This document shows, piece after piece, positions 1 through 13,129 of a stretch of DNA of 64,000 nt (position 1 is the stretch's first letter; each line of letters begins with the position of its first letter). Source of the DNA: Squalus acanthias (lineage: Eukaryota); the NCBI GenBank assembly GCA_030390025.1, contig CM059432.1:105588001-105652000 (forward strand), in the 5' to 3' direction. The notes below the pieces were generated by a model. It saw only the letters and a program-made list of their open reading frames with translations. It did no database searches and was not told the DNA's origin. The position numbers were made by a program, and so were the translations under genes.

Positions 1-926
1 CTCATCGCAGAGGGCAATATCTAAGGAGAACAAGAAAACTTATTGAGGATTATATTATCAATCAATCCCTATATGAAATGTTTCCACCACAAAGTTGTGT
101 TCGCAGCTTTACCATTCTGGTGCAGATCTTTTGCTGACATTAGGTTAAAAAGGAAGATCCATACCTGAGTTCTCGTTAAAATAACATTGCGGAATTGATG
201 ACATCATCAGGCCATGACTTTTACATTTCAGTTAGGCTCCCTAGAAAGGCCTATGGCGGGTAGCCTCGGCCAATTTGAAAGTTGGCGAAGAGAATATGGT
301 GTCAGAGGAGTTCAAAGTGACCTTAAGTTGACTCATTGAGTTTAACCCCTTCCATGCACCATTCCCACCTAGCAAGGGGGATTTAAAATTGACCCCAATT
401 GAGGATCTCAATTAGATGGACAGTTGTTCAAGGATTAAGTGATGGATTGGGCAACTTTTTTTTAACAAACTGGGCTAATGACTTTTTGAGCCTCTCTAGA
501 CTATTGTGTTTTTTAAAATAAAACAAGACTTGCAAGTCCTGTTTGGAGACCTAACCTAGTACAAATGTAAATTGCCAATCTTTTCTGATAGAAAATGAAA
601 ATTTGTGGTCACGCATCACATAAGTTGCATTCCTCCGTGAATATTTTGCATCATGGTGGACTCGCAAATTTGTCAACTAAAATTAAATTTTGTTGGCCGT
701 GCCACATATTTTATGATGGGCCAGTTAATTTTAAATTAAATAGTTATCTAACTTGACATTTAACAGTTTCAATTGTAGCTAAGTGGACCATCAACTCTTT
801 AATAGGCTTCTTCTGAAATAAATGAAGGCTAGAACAAGTTGTCAATGTTTTTAATCATGAAACAATTTAGAAGACGTAATTTTACAAAGTGATGTTTTAT
901 ATATGCGTAAATAGACAAATATTTAC

Positions 927-1142
927 CTTTCTTTATTCGTGGGTCAAAACACTCTAAGCTTGATGCATCTCTGTTCTGACATGGCTGGCACACATTATCT
1001 TGAAATGCATCTCCTTGAAGAACCTGTTTCAAACCAAGCACAGTGCAATTTGTGTGCTTTTGACAGGGTTGCTTGGCAGACGTATTAACTGAGAAGAAGC
1101 CCTTTGGACACTTTATGCACTCTGTATTGATATATGGGGTTC
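927..1142 (-). CDS. TNFRSF11B: TNFRSF11B (osteoprotegerin)-like, coding exon 3 (CRD4)
   Basis: Minus-strand acceptor tttttgtctctccag|GA and donor AAAG|gtaaat; 216 nt, phase 1/1. Encodes (G)TPYINTECIKCPKGFFSVNTSAKQPCQKHTNCTVLGLKQVLQGDAFQDNVCQPC..., matching OPG TPERNTVCKRCPDGFFSNETSSKAPCRKHTNC. Confidence 0.9.
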
Positions 1143-1284
1143 CTGGAGAGACAAAAAGGGGAAGTCGTAAATATACAGACAAGAACCACAATCTCTTCTA
1201 TAACTAGCTGTCTTAAATGCACAATGTTTAATACAGCAATATAAATAACCTGTATTGTTCAGTAATCCTGGTGTTGTTTTTTTT

Positions 1285-1505
1285 TTTAAATCATGTAATA
1301 AATCCAGTAAGCAATTCTGGAGAAACTTCTCTACCCAGAGAATGGCTAGAATGTGGAACTTGCTACCACATGGAGTGGTTGATGCGAATAGCATAGATGC
1401 ATTTAAGGGGAAGCTAGATAAACACATGAGGGAGAAAGCAATAGAGGATATGCTGATAGGGTGAGATGAAGTAGGGTGGGAAAAGGCTTGTGTGGAGCAT
1501 AATGA
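1285..1505 (+). mobile_element. CR1 LINE 3' fragment
   Basis: FWRNFSTQRMARMWNLLPHGVVDANSIDAFKGKLDKHMREK is the CR1 ORF2 C-terminus; near-identical to 17875-18085. Confidence 0.75.
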
Positions 1506-1639
1506 GTAGGAGGCAAAGCAATGAATCTTCATTTCCATACAGTTGAGATTCTTAAAAGGAAGAATATTTTTAGCTTAGAATAAATTAATTACCAAAGATT
1601 AATGATGGAAAAGTAGTGAGGAGAGGGGTAGATATTTGA

Positions 1640-2140
1640 ACACCCTTCATCAAAATGCAGTTCTGGCGGTGGGGTCTGTGCATGTTTTCATTCTTTTCTC
1701 TGTTTTGAGACTGGCAGACCTATTGCATGTTTCCAATGTTCTCTGTTTTCCTTTCCCACCTCCTGAATGTGTAGGGGGTTCCTTCTTTCCCTCTTTTTTT
1801 CCCCTCTTTCTTTTCTTTCTTTAATTATTCCCATTTCCTTGTCTTTTTCCTTGTGTGAACCTCTCCCTTGTCTTTTCACCATGTCAGCTAACATTTACAT
1901 TTTCTAACAGTTTTCCATTAAAAGGTTTTCAGGTCATCAATCCATTAACTTCCTCTCTATAACAGGAGAATTTGTTGTTTCTTTTTTTCTTTTTCAACCG
2001 CACTAAATTACTTGCTTGTTTTTCAGTTTTCAGTTCTGGTAAAGGGTTATTACTGAAACAATTAACCCACCTTTTCTCTTTACAGCTGCTGACTGACCTG
2101 ATGTGTATTTCTAACATTTTCTGGTGTTGTTTCAGATTTA
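1640..2140 (+). mobile_element. Degenerate Penelope-type 3' tail
   Basis: Pyrimidine-rich tract ending cagttctggtaaagggtt..ctgaaac..ttaac...gctgctgactgacctg, homologous to 25530-25630. Confidence 0.5.
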
Positions 2141-2409
2141 CAACATTGGTACTTTTTCTTTTTTAGTATCCTTAACACATCACCCTGGTAGGAGATGTTC
2201 ATCATTTGAATCACATAAAAGTTTGATTAACATTAGGGAACACAAAATTCTAGGGAATGACAAACCCTAAAACAACAGCAGGAGATTTTACTCTCAGTCC
2301 AGTGCTGATGGCAGAGAAATTCTTCTGGGTGTCAGAGGAGAAAGTGAGTCAGTGGCACTGTAGACTCCATCTGACTTTCCTTTCAAAGGTTTGATTCTAC
2401 AACTTATGG

Positions 2410-3340
2410 GGATACAACAAATAACAACTTCAATTTATATAGTGTCTTTAATGTAGAAAATGTCCCATGGTATTTTATAAAATGGTGATTTTTAAAGGAG
2501 GGAAGTGAGACGGTGAAGTGAAGAATTCTAGGGAAAGAGTTCCAGAGTGTAGGACAAATGTGACTGAAAGCTGTAACAGCAATGATGGGGTGAAGGGAAA
2601 ATGAATAGAAAGCCTGAATCAGAGGGGCAGAGTATTCAAGAGATTGGTAAGGTAAGGCTATGGAGAGATTTATAGACAAGGATGGAGATTTTCAATTCAA
2701 TACATTGAGATATAAAGAGCCAGTGAAGGTCACCGAGCGCAGAAGTGATGGACGAATGAGACTTAGTGAGGGACAGGGCAAGGTCAGAGGATTTTTGTAC
2801 TAACTGGAGTTTATGAAGGGAAGAGGATGGAAGACCATCAAGAAGGGTGGCAGAGGAGCTGAGGTAGGCAATGTTGCAGAGGTGGAAGTAAGCAATCTGG
2901 TGATGGATGGGATATGGAGTTAAAGAACACCAAGATTATGAACAGTCTGGCTCAACCTGACAGAATAGCCAGGGGTGGTGGGGGGAGGAGTCTGTGGCGT
3001 CGGCCAAAAACAATGGCTTTGGTCTTCATGATGTTGAGCTGCAGGAAATTATGGCTGATCTAGGATTTGATGTCAGACAAGGTATCTGAGAGCATGGAGG
3101 TAGTTGAGGGCTCAAGAGAAGTGGTGGAGAAGTAGAGTTGGGTGTAATTAGTGTACACGTGAAAGATAATCCCATGCTTGTGGATGATGTCACCGAGGGA
3201 TAGCAGGTAGATTAGGAAAAGGAAGGGGCTGAGGACATATTATTGGGGGACTTGAAAAGTAAAAATGCAGGGGAGGGAATACAGGCCTTTGCTGGAGATA
3301 TGCTGGCTGCATTCAGGTAGGCAGGAATGGGATGTCAGCA
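2410..3340 (-). mobile_element. Degenerate L2 LINE 3' part
   Basis: Reverse complement resembles the L2 3' end at 11600-12484 (…tatataaattgaagttgtt tail; PTLWNSFP motif). Confidence 0.6.
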
Positions 3341-3374
3341 GTAACACCAGTGGTAAGGTCAGTGCCACCTAGCA

Positions 3375-3750
3375 GAAAGAATAACCTGCCATGTATATTA
3401 TCAGAATGGCATTGATTCAGCAATTTTCATATGTTGGATATTTTGCGCACAGCAACATCTCACAAATAGCAATGAGATGAACTACTCATAATCTGTTTTG
3501 TGTTGTTTGAGGGAGGAATGTTGGTCAGATTACCAGGAGAACTTCCTAATCTTCAAATAGTGCGATTGAAGTCCACCTGAATAGACAGATGGGAGCTTAG
3601 TTTAACATTTCATCCAAACGACAGTACTTCAAACAGAAGCAGTCCCTCAGTACAACTCAAGAGTGCTATTCTCTTCATGTACGCTAGTCTGGCAGTGAGG
3701 CTTGAACCCAGAACTTTGAGTCGATGACAAGAGTGCTACCAACTGAATTA
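3375..3750 (-). mobile_element. tRNA-derived SINE
   Basis: Minus-strand tRNA-like head (tcagttggtagcactctt...gggttcaagcc); body homologous to 53385-53690. Confidence 0.6.
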
Positions 3751-3839
3751 AGATGCCATTCAAGGGAGAAGCAGAGGTGACAGTCTTTTTTGGGATTTCT
3801 AATATATTTATTACTTTTGTGCACGATAATGTAAATATT

Positions 3840-4256
3840 CATAGAATCATACAGCACAGAAGGAGGCCATACAGTCCATCATGCCTGTGCCAGCTCTTTG
3901 AAAGAGCTATCCAATTAGTCCCACTCCCCTGCCCTGCAATTTTTTTCCTTTTCAAGTATATATCCAAGTATATACCCTTTTGAAAGTTATTATTGAATTT
4001 GCTTCCACTATCCTTTCAGACAGTGCATTCCAGATCATAACAATTCGCTGTGTAAAAAAAATTCTCATCTCCCCTCTGGTTCTTTTGTCAATTACCTTAA
4101 ATCTGTGTCCTCTGGTTACCGACCCCCCCTGCCAGTAGAAACAGTTTATTCTTATTTACTCTATCAATACCCTTCATAATTTTGAACACCTCTATTAAAT
4201 CTCGCCTTAACCTGCTCCTCTAAGGAGAACAATTCCAGCTTCTCTAGTCTCTCCAC
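3840..4256 (-). mobile_element. CR1 LINE 3' fragment
   Basis: Minus-strand CR1 C-terminal coding remnant and 3' UTR with gattctatg tail. Confidence 0.7.
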
Positions 4257-4639
4257 TTGATTGAGAAGGTTTGCATCTCTCTGTGTGGTGGGTGAGAAAG
4301 GGTTATGGAAGGTACAAATGATTTCGAAACAGTACTGGCAAATGATTTGCAGAGGGAGTTTCCCATCTCATATCTTTTGGTGGGGGTGGGGGCGGAAGAT
4401 GAAAACTAATTTACAGAGGGCAGCTCATCCCTTCTGAGTCACACCTCCTGTTGCTTGATTATAGTGTAACTTTGATGGTGGTCATCGAGACCTGTGTGAC
4501 TCAAACTCAGATGGAAAAGAATGTGTAACAACAATCCTAAGGGGAAGATTGGAGTTAAAATACTTTTTAAGTGGCAATAAAAAGCAAAGGAATTGAATAT
4601 TCCATGTAGTATAAATCCAAATATTAATACATTGCTTAC

Positions 4640-5042
4640 CGAGCTTCTTTACACCAAATCCTGGTGGGCATTCATAGTGCTTTAAACAAAATTCAAATTC
4701 AAAGTAGTGGCCTTCAACACATTCACAGACACGGTTGTGAGTGCCGTTGCATTCATGTTTAATGTACTGATACTCTTTGCAAAACACATTGCAATACTGG
4801 CATTCATCAAGGTGGTTCCAGTATTCTGTGTAGTGCGAGTCAGGACAAGGTGCACATTCAGTCCTCCTTTCTGCATTGCAGTGAGTCTTCCTGTAGGTGC
4901 CAGGAGGGCATTGCTCACATATGGAATACTGAGCCAATTCATCATCCCAATGCTGGTACAAAGGGGCGAATGACGATTCCAGCTGCATATGATTGTGCTG
5001 CTGTGATACCAGCAGAACTGATAAAAAAGATATAATGAAGAG
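4640..5042 (-). CDS. TNFRSF11B: TNFRSF11B-like, coding exon 2 (signal peptide end + TNFR cysteine-rich domains 1-3)
   Basis: Acceptor ctctttattttccttttcag|CTC (phase 0) and donor CTCG|gtaagc (phase 1, joins exon 3 as GGA). Encodes LFIISFLSVLLVSQQ...CEQCPPGTY...CKEYQYIKHECNGTHNRVCECVEGHYFEFEFCLKHYECPPGFGV. Divergent neighbour COLEC10 matches known TNFRSF11B synteny. Confidence 0.9.
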
Positions 5043-5129
5043 CTGAAAAGGAAAATAAAGAGAGTTGTAAGTTCCACCATAGTAACCTTTCTGCAGAACA
5101 AATTACACTTTATATTCAGTTGCAGATTC

Positions 5130-5740
5130 TCTCCTCTCCTCTCATTCCATGCTAAGATGCAGTACCATAACACCAGAGGTTCTCCAGTGCCTCTTGAGAA
5201 TGGCCTTTATTATCATATGAACCTTGATTATGATTGCCTGTAGGCTATTTGACTGCGCCTATTCACAACTGAGTCTGATCCTGTCCTCACCCAACATTCA
5301 CGCACACACATTTTGAGCAGGGATCACTGGGTACCAATCAGGATCAGGAACATTGACTGATTTCCCCTCCCTAACCCAGGGACCCGTTGTCGTACCTCTT
5401 CCACTTCCGCAGCTGAGAACAGATAATTTGGTACACTCTACGCATAAACCTGGGACTTTCCTGGCTCTGGAGTTAGGGAGGATAATATAAGCCAGGTTTC
5501 CCACAGCTGGTTGTTATTTAGAGGCCTTTGCTGGAAGTTCATGTGTGTGGTCATTGGGTGAGGATGGGATTGCATTCAGCTGTGGTGATCCTGCAGTGGA
5601 ATAGCCTACAGAAACTTACTGCTAAAAATTGCACATGAATATTGGCTACTTGGCTGAAGTACTGGAGGGTGTGCTGTCATCCATGGAAATATATGCCAGT
5701 ATGGAGAGGATACAATTCGTAAGGAAAGAAAATGAGTTGC
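5130..5740. mobile_element. Two SINE copies of one family in opposite orientation
   Basis: ~5240-5345 (gatcctgtcctcacccaac..cacacac..cagggatcactgg) is the reverse complement of ~5505-5610 (gctggaag..gtgtgtgg..ttgggtgaggatgggatt). A third, plus-strand copy lies at ~6800-7240. Confidence 0.55.
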
Positions 5741-5840
5741 AGCATGTCCATGACAAATGCAATGTTCTGATTGATTGAACACTACTATTTCAAAACCAAC
5801 TGGGATGCACTTATGCGAGCAACCTACAGAACTATTGAAG

Positions 5841-5883
5841 AAAGAAAGAAAGATAGATAGATATAGATAGATAGATATATATA
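5841..5883 (+). repeat. (GAAA)n(GATA)n microsatellite
   Basis: Directly visible. Confidence 0.85.
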
Positions 5884-8063
5884 CGGCTGCTGAAAATGGA
5901 TGCAGCGCTACTCGAGAAAAATTTGCACTGGGAGCTAAAGATTTTTATCCTGGCTCTAACTTACTGGGTAACGCCCGCCTAGTGGTGTTAATGCAGGCCT
6001 GGAAGTCGAAGTTCCCGTCCTGAAGTGGCGTTCCAGCTTCTAACAGCCTCTGGGAGCGAGGCTACGCAGTTCACTAGGAATTGTGGGAAATTAAAAGGGC
6101 AATGCCTTCTGAACTAATGAAAATAAAAATGAAGCAAAAGAATACAGTTTTCAGCCCTTACTGCCATTAAAAAAAAAATACGGGTGAGTATGGACTATGT
6201 ACTCACCCGGGAACGGCCGAATTTTTGGGCCATTGTAATTGCAGTTGAAAAATATCTGTGCATCTTCCCTACATTCTTCAGCTACCGTTCCACCCAAACA
6301 AACAGTACAATTTCCCTTTAAGTACAAAATGTTTCTATTGATGTGTACTTCTGGCTATTTCACAGCAGGAAACTGCCCTTGACATAAGATAACATATAAT
6401 AAAATCTCACTACAGGGTCATCTATTGAGTAATCTAAATATACAATGCGACTGTATAAACACTCACTTTAAACATTGGCTTTATTTATTTATTGGCCTTC
6501 ACGCAGAAGTTTTAATCATTTAGTTCCTTCTTTTTTCATAGCGTTTCTTCTTCCTCAAAAAATGCAACAGCTTTTCTACAACTACTTCCTCCCACCCTCT
6601 GTGATTCTGTTTCAAATAAACAGGATTACTTCTGCTGCTGTGAGCACTACTGATAAACTCTCTGCTTTCTTTGTCAGATCTGTAGAAACCAAATACAACA
6701 GCTGGATTATGTTTATTTGTTCCTATAAAAAATGATGCAAGTGCATCTCTGAGAAATGTGATTTTAGCCTTAGGGTTATGTCATAGACTTGCGTATGTTG
6801 GGTCCATAGAAGGGTCAGAAAACAAATCTCAGTCATACTGGGGTGGGGAGGACAGCTGTCGTTAGTCTTGAGTAGTTAGGCAGAAGCAATAAACAGCCAG
6901 GGTTCTGGCCTCTTGCAGGGGCTGGAGGTTCTTTCCGAAAATATCGCCTAACCCGACCAACAGACAGTCGCGCCCGTCGGCCTGGTAACAAGTAAGATGG
7001 GTCAGGGAGGGATCAGAGATGGAGAGAAACATAGTTATCCAGTGGCCTTTCTAGAAGGGTGCGTGTGTGGATGATGGATGAGGACAGAATTGTGCTTGAC
7101 TGCGGTGACTCCTGTGGTCTAATTGGCTCACGAACACCAGACCAGCAATTTGAATGAGGCAATGGAGGGTCAGTGCCACCCCTACAACTATATTTCAGCA
7201 TGGGCTGCTGCCTTCAAGCAAAGAGGAGAAAGGGAAGAAAAGTGAGAGAAAAGAAAGAAAGCACTACATTGGGGAATAGCTTTGTTCTGGTCAAATGATT
7301 ATGGTTCTTAAATATTCATTGAAATCAATTTCATAGGAGGAACCCCTCTCCAGCCTTTAGATTAATGTCTGCTTAATCTTAATCCAGCTAGACATGCCCT
7401 CAGTATTACCCAATTTAAATCAGAAGTCACTGAACAGATGTAGAAGACCAGCCTATTCCCACTCTCTCCTTCTCCATATTATATATATATATAAATTTTT
7501 TAAATATTGTTTAATTTCACACTAATCTTAGGTTGACTACTCTTCTATTCAAAAGCAGGTAAACAAAATCCAGGTTTAAAGCTGCTTAGAAAGTGACATA
7601 AAAATAGTAAGAGGAATCGAAACTACAAGTTAGTTTAGTCATCATGTGCCTTCAATTAAACTTTCTCCAATAACAGAGCTAACTCAATGTACCAAAGTCA
7701 TTTGTATTGTTGGGAATCAGTTTAAATTTAAGCTCCAATGTTCTAGGCCCTACCTACAGCATAGAGCATTGCTGGGGCCATGTGTCAGCACAGCCTGCCC
7801 CTAAGTTGCTGATTCAGGTATATCTTTGCCAGGGGACAGCTCAACACTATTTGTGCCGATATCAGAAAATCGGGGCTTTAGTGCTTTGACCCTTCTAATC
7901 GACATCAGTTTATATACATCACTCATACCCCCTTCAAGGCCAGAGCAATGGAAGATGGCATTTATATAGCACTTTACCGTGACTAAGTATTTCAGAACCA
8001 CACACGATGAAATGCTTTTGGACTGTTGTCGTGTAGGCAAATGTAACATTGCCAACAATGCCA

Positions 8064-9590
8064 GCAACCCATTAATCCTCCTCAATTGCCTTCTCCCAGT
8101 GGCCAAAGAGCTCCTCCCAGAGTCGCAATGCGGATTCCGCCCACTAAGGGGTACAATGGACATGATCTTCACCGCACGTCAATTACAAGAGAAATGCAGG
8201 GAACAGCACCAACCGCTGTACATGGTCTTCTCTGATCTCACAAAGGCCTTCGACACTGTCAACCGTGAGGGATTATGGAGTGTCCTCCTCAAATTCGGCT
8301 GCCCTCAAAAGTTTGTCACCATCCTCCGCCTGCCTCACGACGACATGCAAGCCGTGATCCTGACCAACGGTTCCACCACAGACCCAATTCACGTACGGAC
8401 CGTGGTCAAGCAAGGCTGTGTCATCGTACCAACGCTCTTCTCGATCTTCCTTGCTGCAATGCTCCATCTCACCCTCAGTAAGCTCCCCGTTGGAGTGGAG
8501 CTAATTTACAGAACAAATGGGAAACTGTTCAACCTCCGTTGCCTCCAGTCCAGATCCAAGGTCGTCCCATCCTCTGTCGTCGAATTACAGTATGCAGACG
8601 ACGCTTGCATCTGCGCTCACTCGGAGGTCGAACTCCAAACCATCGTCAACACCTTCACCGAAGCATACGAGAGCATAGGCCTAACACTAAATTTCCGTAA
8701 GACAAAGGTCCTCTACCAACCTGCCCCCGCCACACAGTACTGCCCCCCGATTATCAAAATCAATGACAAGACCTTGGACAACGTGGACCACTTTCCATAC
8801 CTCGGGAGCCTACTGTCAACAAGGGCAGACGTCGATGACGAAGTCCAACACCGCCTTCAGTTGCCAGTGCAGCCTTCGGTCGCCTGAGGAAGAGAGTGTT
8901 TGAACACCAGGATCTCAAACCCGGCACTAAGCTCATGGTCCATAGAGCAGCAGTGATACCCGCCCTGCTGTATGCCTCAGAGACATGGACCATGTACAGC
9001 AGGCACCTCAAAGCACTGGAGAGGTACCACCAACGCTGCCTCCGCAAGATCCTGCAAATCCATTGGCAGGATAGGCGCACTAACATCAGTGTTCTCGCTC
9101 AAGCCAACATTCCCAGCATCGAAGCTTTGACCACGCTCGATCAGCTCCGATGGACGGGTCACATCGTCCGCATGCCCGATACAAGACTCCCAAAGCAAGC
9201 TCTCTACTCGGAACTCCAACACGGCAAGAGAGCCCCAGGTGGGCAGAGGAAATGCTTCAAGGACAGCCTCAAAGCCTCCTTGAAAATGTGCAACATCCCC
9301 ACTGACACTTGGGAATCCCTGGCCCAAGACCGCACAAAGTGGAGGAGAAGCATCCGGGAAGGCACCGAACACCTTGAGTCTCTTCGCCGGGAGCAAGCAG
9401 AAGCCAAGCGCAAGCAGCGCAAGGAGCGCACGTCAACCCAAGGACCCCACCCACCCGCCCCTTCAACCACCGTCTGCCCCACCTGTGACAGAGACTGTAG
9501 GTCCCGCATTGGACTCATCAGTTACCTGAGAACTCATTTTTAGTGTGGAAGCAAGTCATCCTCGGTTCTGAGGGACTGTCTAAGAAGAAG
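8064..9590 (+). mobile_element. RTE-clade LINE, 5'-truncated, one frameshift
   Basis: RT motifs ESQCGFR, DLTKAFDTV, KQGCV and LQYADD; C-terminal CPTC..C.SRIGLISYLRTH zinc finger; short 3' UTR ending (AAG)n; frameshift near 8860. Confidence 0.9.
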
Positions 9591-10094
9591 GAGAATCTGC
9601 ACTATTTAGGCAATATTAGTTCAGATCTTGCTCGGAAACAGCATTTTGAATGGGGTTTTGCCTCTGATTTTCCCTAATTGTATTATGAATAGATATCTTT
9701 GTGATAGATATGGGTGAGTAAATTTTCTGAATTTTGCCTCCCAGCATGGAGCCTTATTCAATGGGAGCAAGGAGTGAAACCAGGGGAAGATCTTAAGTAA
9801 CAGGGATATTAAGGGCAGGACCCTCATTTGCATGTTTAAATAGTCGCCCACTTATTCTTGATGTGTGAATGTGCCTAAAAATCTTCACGGCAAATCAAAC
9901 TGGGTGGACAAAGGGCGTTCCTGTTCAGTTTCACCACTTCTCCAAATTTAAAAGGTGTGAGACGTTACAATCTGGCAGAATTACAATCTTACATTGTGTA
10001 TGTACATTAAATTAATCCCACATGAAAATAAAATTCTTTGCAGTATTAAAAAGGTTCAAATTTGGTTACAGCTATAAACTAAAAGTGAAAATTA

Positions 10095-12640
10095 GATGGT
10101 GTAGTGGGTTAGCGGACAATTAATTTATCTCTGGCACCTGCATTTGAATCCAATTTTGACTTGATGGGATGAAAATCTTCTCTCTCGGCTGGTGTATAAA
10201 CATGATTCATCACATGACTTTAGTCAGTGTGAACTGACAGCAGAAAATTGCTCTTACTTTAGTAACAAATTGACACTTATGAAATCCCAACTGTCCAGCC
10301 TTTGGCCCTCCATTCACGACGACATTTCTGCAGCTACCGATCTGCGCAACCACACCCTCACCATCACCTTTGATGCTCTAGTCCCTATTAAAACCATTAC
10401 TCTCTCTCACCCTGGCCATTCCCCCTGGTACGGCCCACATCTTCGCTCCCTCAAGTCCAAGGGACGCAGACTTGAATGGATATGACAGACAACTGGTTTA
10501 CCCATTCACCATCAGATATGGCTGGACCACATAAAGCATTATTGGGTCCTACTCTTGTCTGCCAAAACTGCTCACTATTCCAGGATCATTCTGGAATGCA
10601 AAGATAACCCCTGGCTACTAAGTTCTACTGTCTTCTTAAACCCCGCTCCCCTGTCTCCTCCACACTCACCTCCAACAAGTGCGAGGAGCTCATGGACTTC
10701 TTTGTCTCTAAGATTGAGACCATCCAATCAGCGGCCTCTGCCACTTCCCTTCCTTCCCCTAGCCCACCGAACCAAACTTCCTCTAAGGTTCACCCCGGCT
10801 CTAGGCCTGAACTCGCATCTTTCTCCAGTTTCTCTCCAATTGCCCCTCTCGACCTCTCCACGCTCATCTTGTCCATGAGACCCACTTCCTGCTCCCTCGA
10901 CCCTATTCCCACTAAACTGCTGACCACCCAACTTCCTTTTCTGGCTCCCATGTTAGCTGACATTGTTAACGGTTCACTCTCCTCAGGTCCTGTCCCCCTC
11001 TCCCTCAAATCTGCCGTCATCACCCCTCTCCTCAAAAAATCAACCCTTGACCCCCTCCGTCCTTGCAAACTATCGCCCCATCTCCAACCTCCCTTTCCTC
11101 TCCAAAGTCCTCCCAAATCCATGCCCATCTTTCCCGGAACTCCATGTTTGAATCCCTCCAATCAGGTTTTCGCCCCTACCACAGTACCAAAACGGCTCTC
11201 ATCAAAGTCACAAATGACATCCTTTGTGACTGTGACAAAGGTAAACTATCCCTCCTCGTCCTTCTCGACCTGTCTGCAGCTTTTGACACGGTTGACCACA
11301 CCATCCTCCTCCAACACCTCTCCACCATCGTCCAGCTGGGTGGGACTGCACTGGCCTGGTTCCATTCTTATCTATCTAATCGTAGCCAGAAAATCACCTG
11401 CAATGGTTTCTCTTCCCACTCCCGCATCATTCTCTCTGGGGTCCCCCAAGGATCTATCCTTGGCCTCCTCCTATTTCTCATCTATATGCTACCCCTTGGT
11501 GACATCATACGAAAACGCGGCGTCAGATTCCACATGTACGCTGATGACACGCAGCTCTACCTCACTACCTCTTCTCTCGAGCCCTCCACGGTCTCTAAAT
11601 TGACACACTGCTTGTCCGACATCCAATACTGGATGAGTAGAAATTTTCTCAAATTAAATATTGGGAAGACCGAAGCCATTGTCTTCGGGCCCCACCACAA
11701 ACTCTATTCCCTAGCCATTGACTCCATCCCTCTCCCTAGCATCAGTCTGAGGCTGAACCAGACTGTTCGCAACCTTGGTGTCATATTTGACCCTGAAATG
11801 AGCTTCCGACCACATATCCACGGCATAACTAAGACCACCTATTTCCACCTCCGTAACATTGCCCGTCTCCGTCCCTACCTCAGCTCATTCGCTGCTGAAA
11901 CCCTCATCCATGCCTTTGTTACCTCTAGACTTGACTATTCCAATGCACTCCTGGCTGGCCTCCCACGTTCTACCCTCTGTAAACTTGAGGTCATCCAAAA
12001 CTCGGCTGCCCGTGTTCTAACTTGCACCAAGTCCCATTCACCCATCACCCCTGTGCTCGCTGACCTACATTGGCTCCCAGTTAAGCAATGCCTTGATTTC
12101 AAAATTCTCATCCTTGTTTTCAAATCCCTTCAGCCCCACGACCCCACCCCCCCACCTCCCCTCCGAGATATCTGTGCTCCTCTAATTCTGCCCTCTTGAG
12201 CATCCCTGATTATAATCACTCAACCATCGGTGGCCGTGACTTCAGCTGCCAAGGCCCTAAGCTCTGGAATTCACTGCCTAAACCTCTCCGCCTCACTACC
12301 TCTCTTTCCTCCTTTAAGACGCTCCTTAAAACCTACCTCTTTGACTAAGCTTTTGGTCATCTGCCCTAATTTCTTATGTGGTTCGGTGTCAATTTTTTGT
12401 CTTATAACACTCCTGTGAAGCACCTTGGGACGTTTTACTATGTTAAAGGCGCTGCATAAATACAAGTTGTTGTTGTTGTTGTTGATAATCTCACTCAAAC
12501 AGGCTAGCAGGATGGCTGGTGTTAGAAATGAAAATATTGCAGTAAGGGTATTTCCGAGGGTTGCTGTTTAGCCACATCGTTGGGGCAGAGCACAGGAAGA
12601 ATTGTTTTGCAGCAGGCTGTGTGTATGCTGACATTGGGGG
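10095..12640 (+). mobile_element. Old tRNA-derived (LF-SINE-like) SINE split by the L2 insertion
   Basis: Head tagtggg...tttgaatcca at ~10095-10280; the body resumes after the L2 tail at ~12487-12640. Family assignment is from recalled consensus only. Confidence 0.35.
10283..12484 (+). mobile_element. L2-clade LINE, 5'-truncated, frameshifted
   Basis: LDPIPTKLL, NYRPISNLPFLSK, QSGFR, LLDLSAAFDTVDH, GVPQGS, YADDTQLY and LHWLPV motifs; L2 3' UTR and (GTT)n tail. Confidence 0.92.
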
Positions 12641-13129
12641 GTCAGTTTTGGTCTGGGCCTTCGGGCCTCATCAGCGTCCTCGGCGTGAGCATGGGCAGCT
12701 CGTCCGAGCAAAGACATCAATGCTGGATCGTCTGCCTCGCCAGCAGTGGCCCTGAGGTAAATCCCGGGAGTGGAGATTGGAGTGGGCTACAGAGAATAGG
12801 GGGTAATTGTGACTCCTGTAAGGTTGGAGGAGTACTCCCACTCTTCCTGGCTCCACAGGATGTTAAAAAAAAGAGAAAACTTACTTGGAGGCTGCTGAAG
12901 GATCCTGAGAAAGGCAGGCTGACTCATTTCTGGATGAGGTCCTTCAACAACCATTAGGCCTAAAAAAAGGGCCCCATGAATTTAGTAGTGGGACCAACAC
13001 CTGCTCAGATTGGGTGCAGGCCATCCCACAGCTAAATTGGTATGCTTTGCAACCATTTTATGCCTGTAAAATGGGTGCAATGCATATCAATTTCTACCCT
13101 GGATGCCTGAACGGTAAAATATTTAATTC

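Noticed and set aside
3690..3750. tRNA gene
   Set aside because: The A/B-box remnants belong to a SINE head and no complete cloverleaf forms.
5018..5020. Alternative exon 2 acceptor (tttttatcag)
   Set aside because: It gives phase 1, incompatible with the phase-0 exon 1, and removes most of the signal-peptide hydrophobic core.
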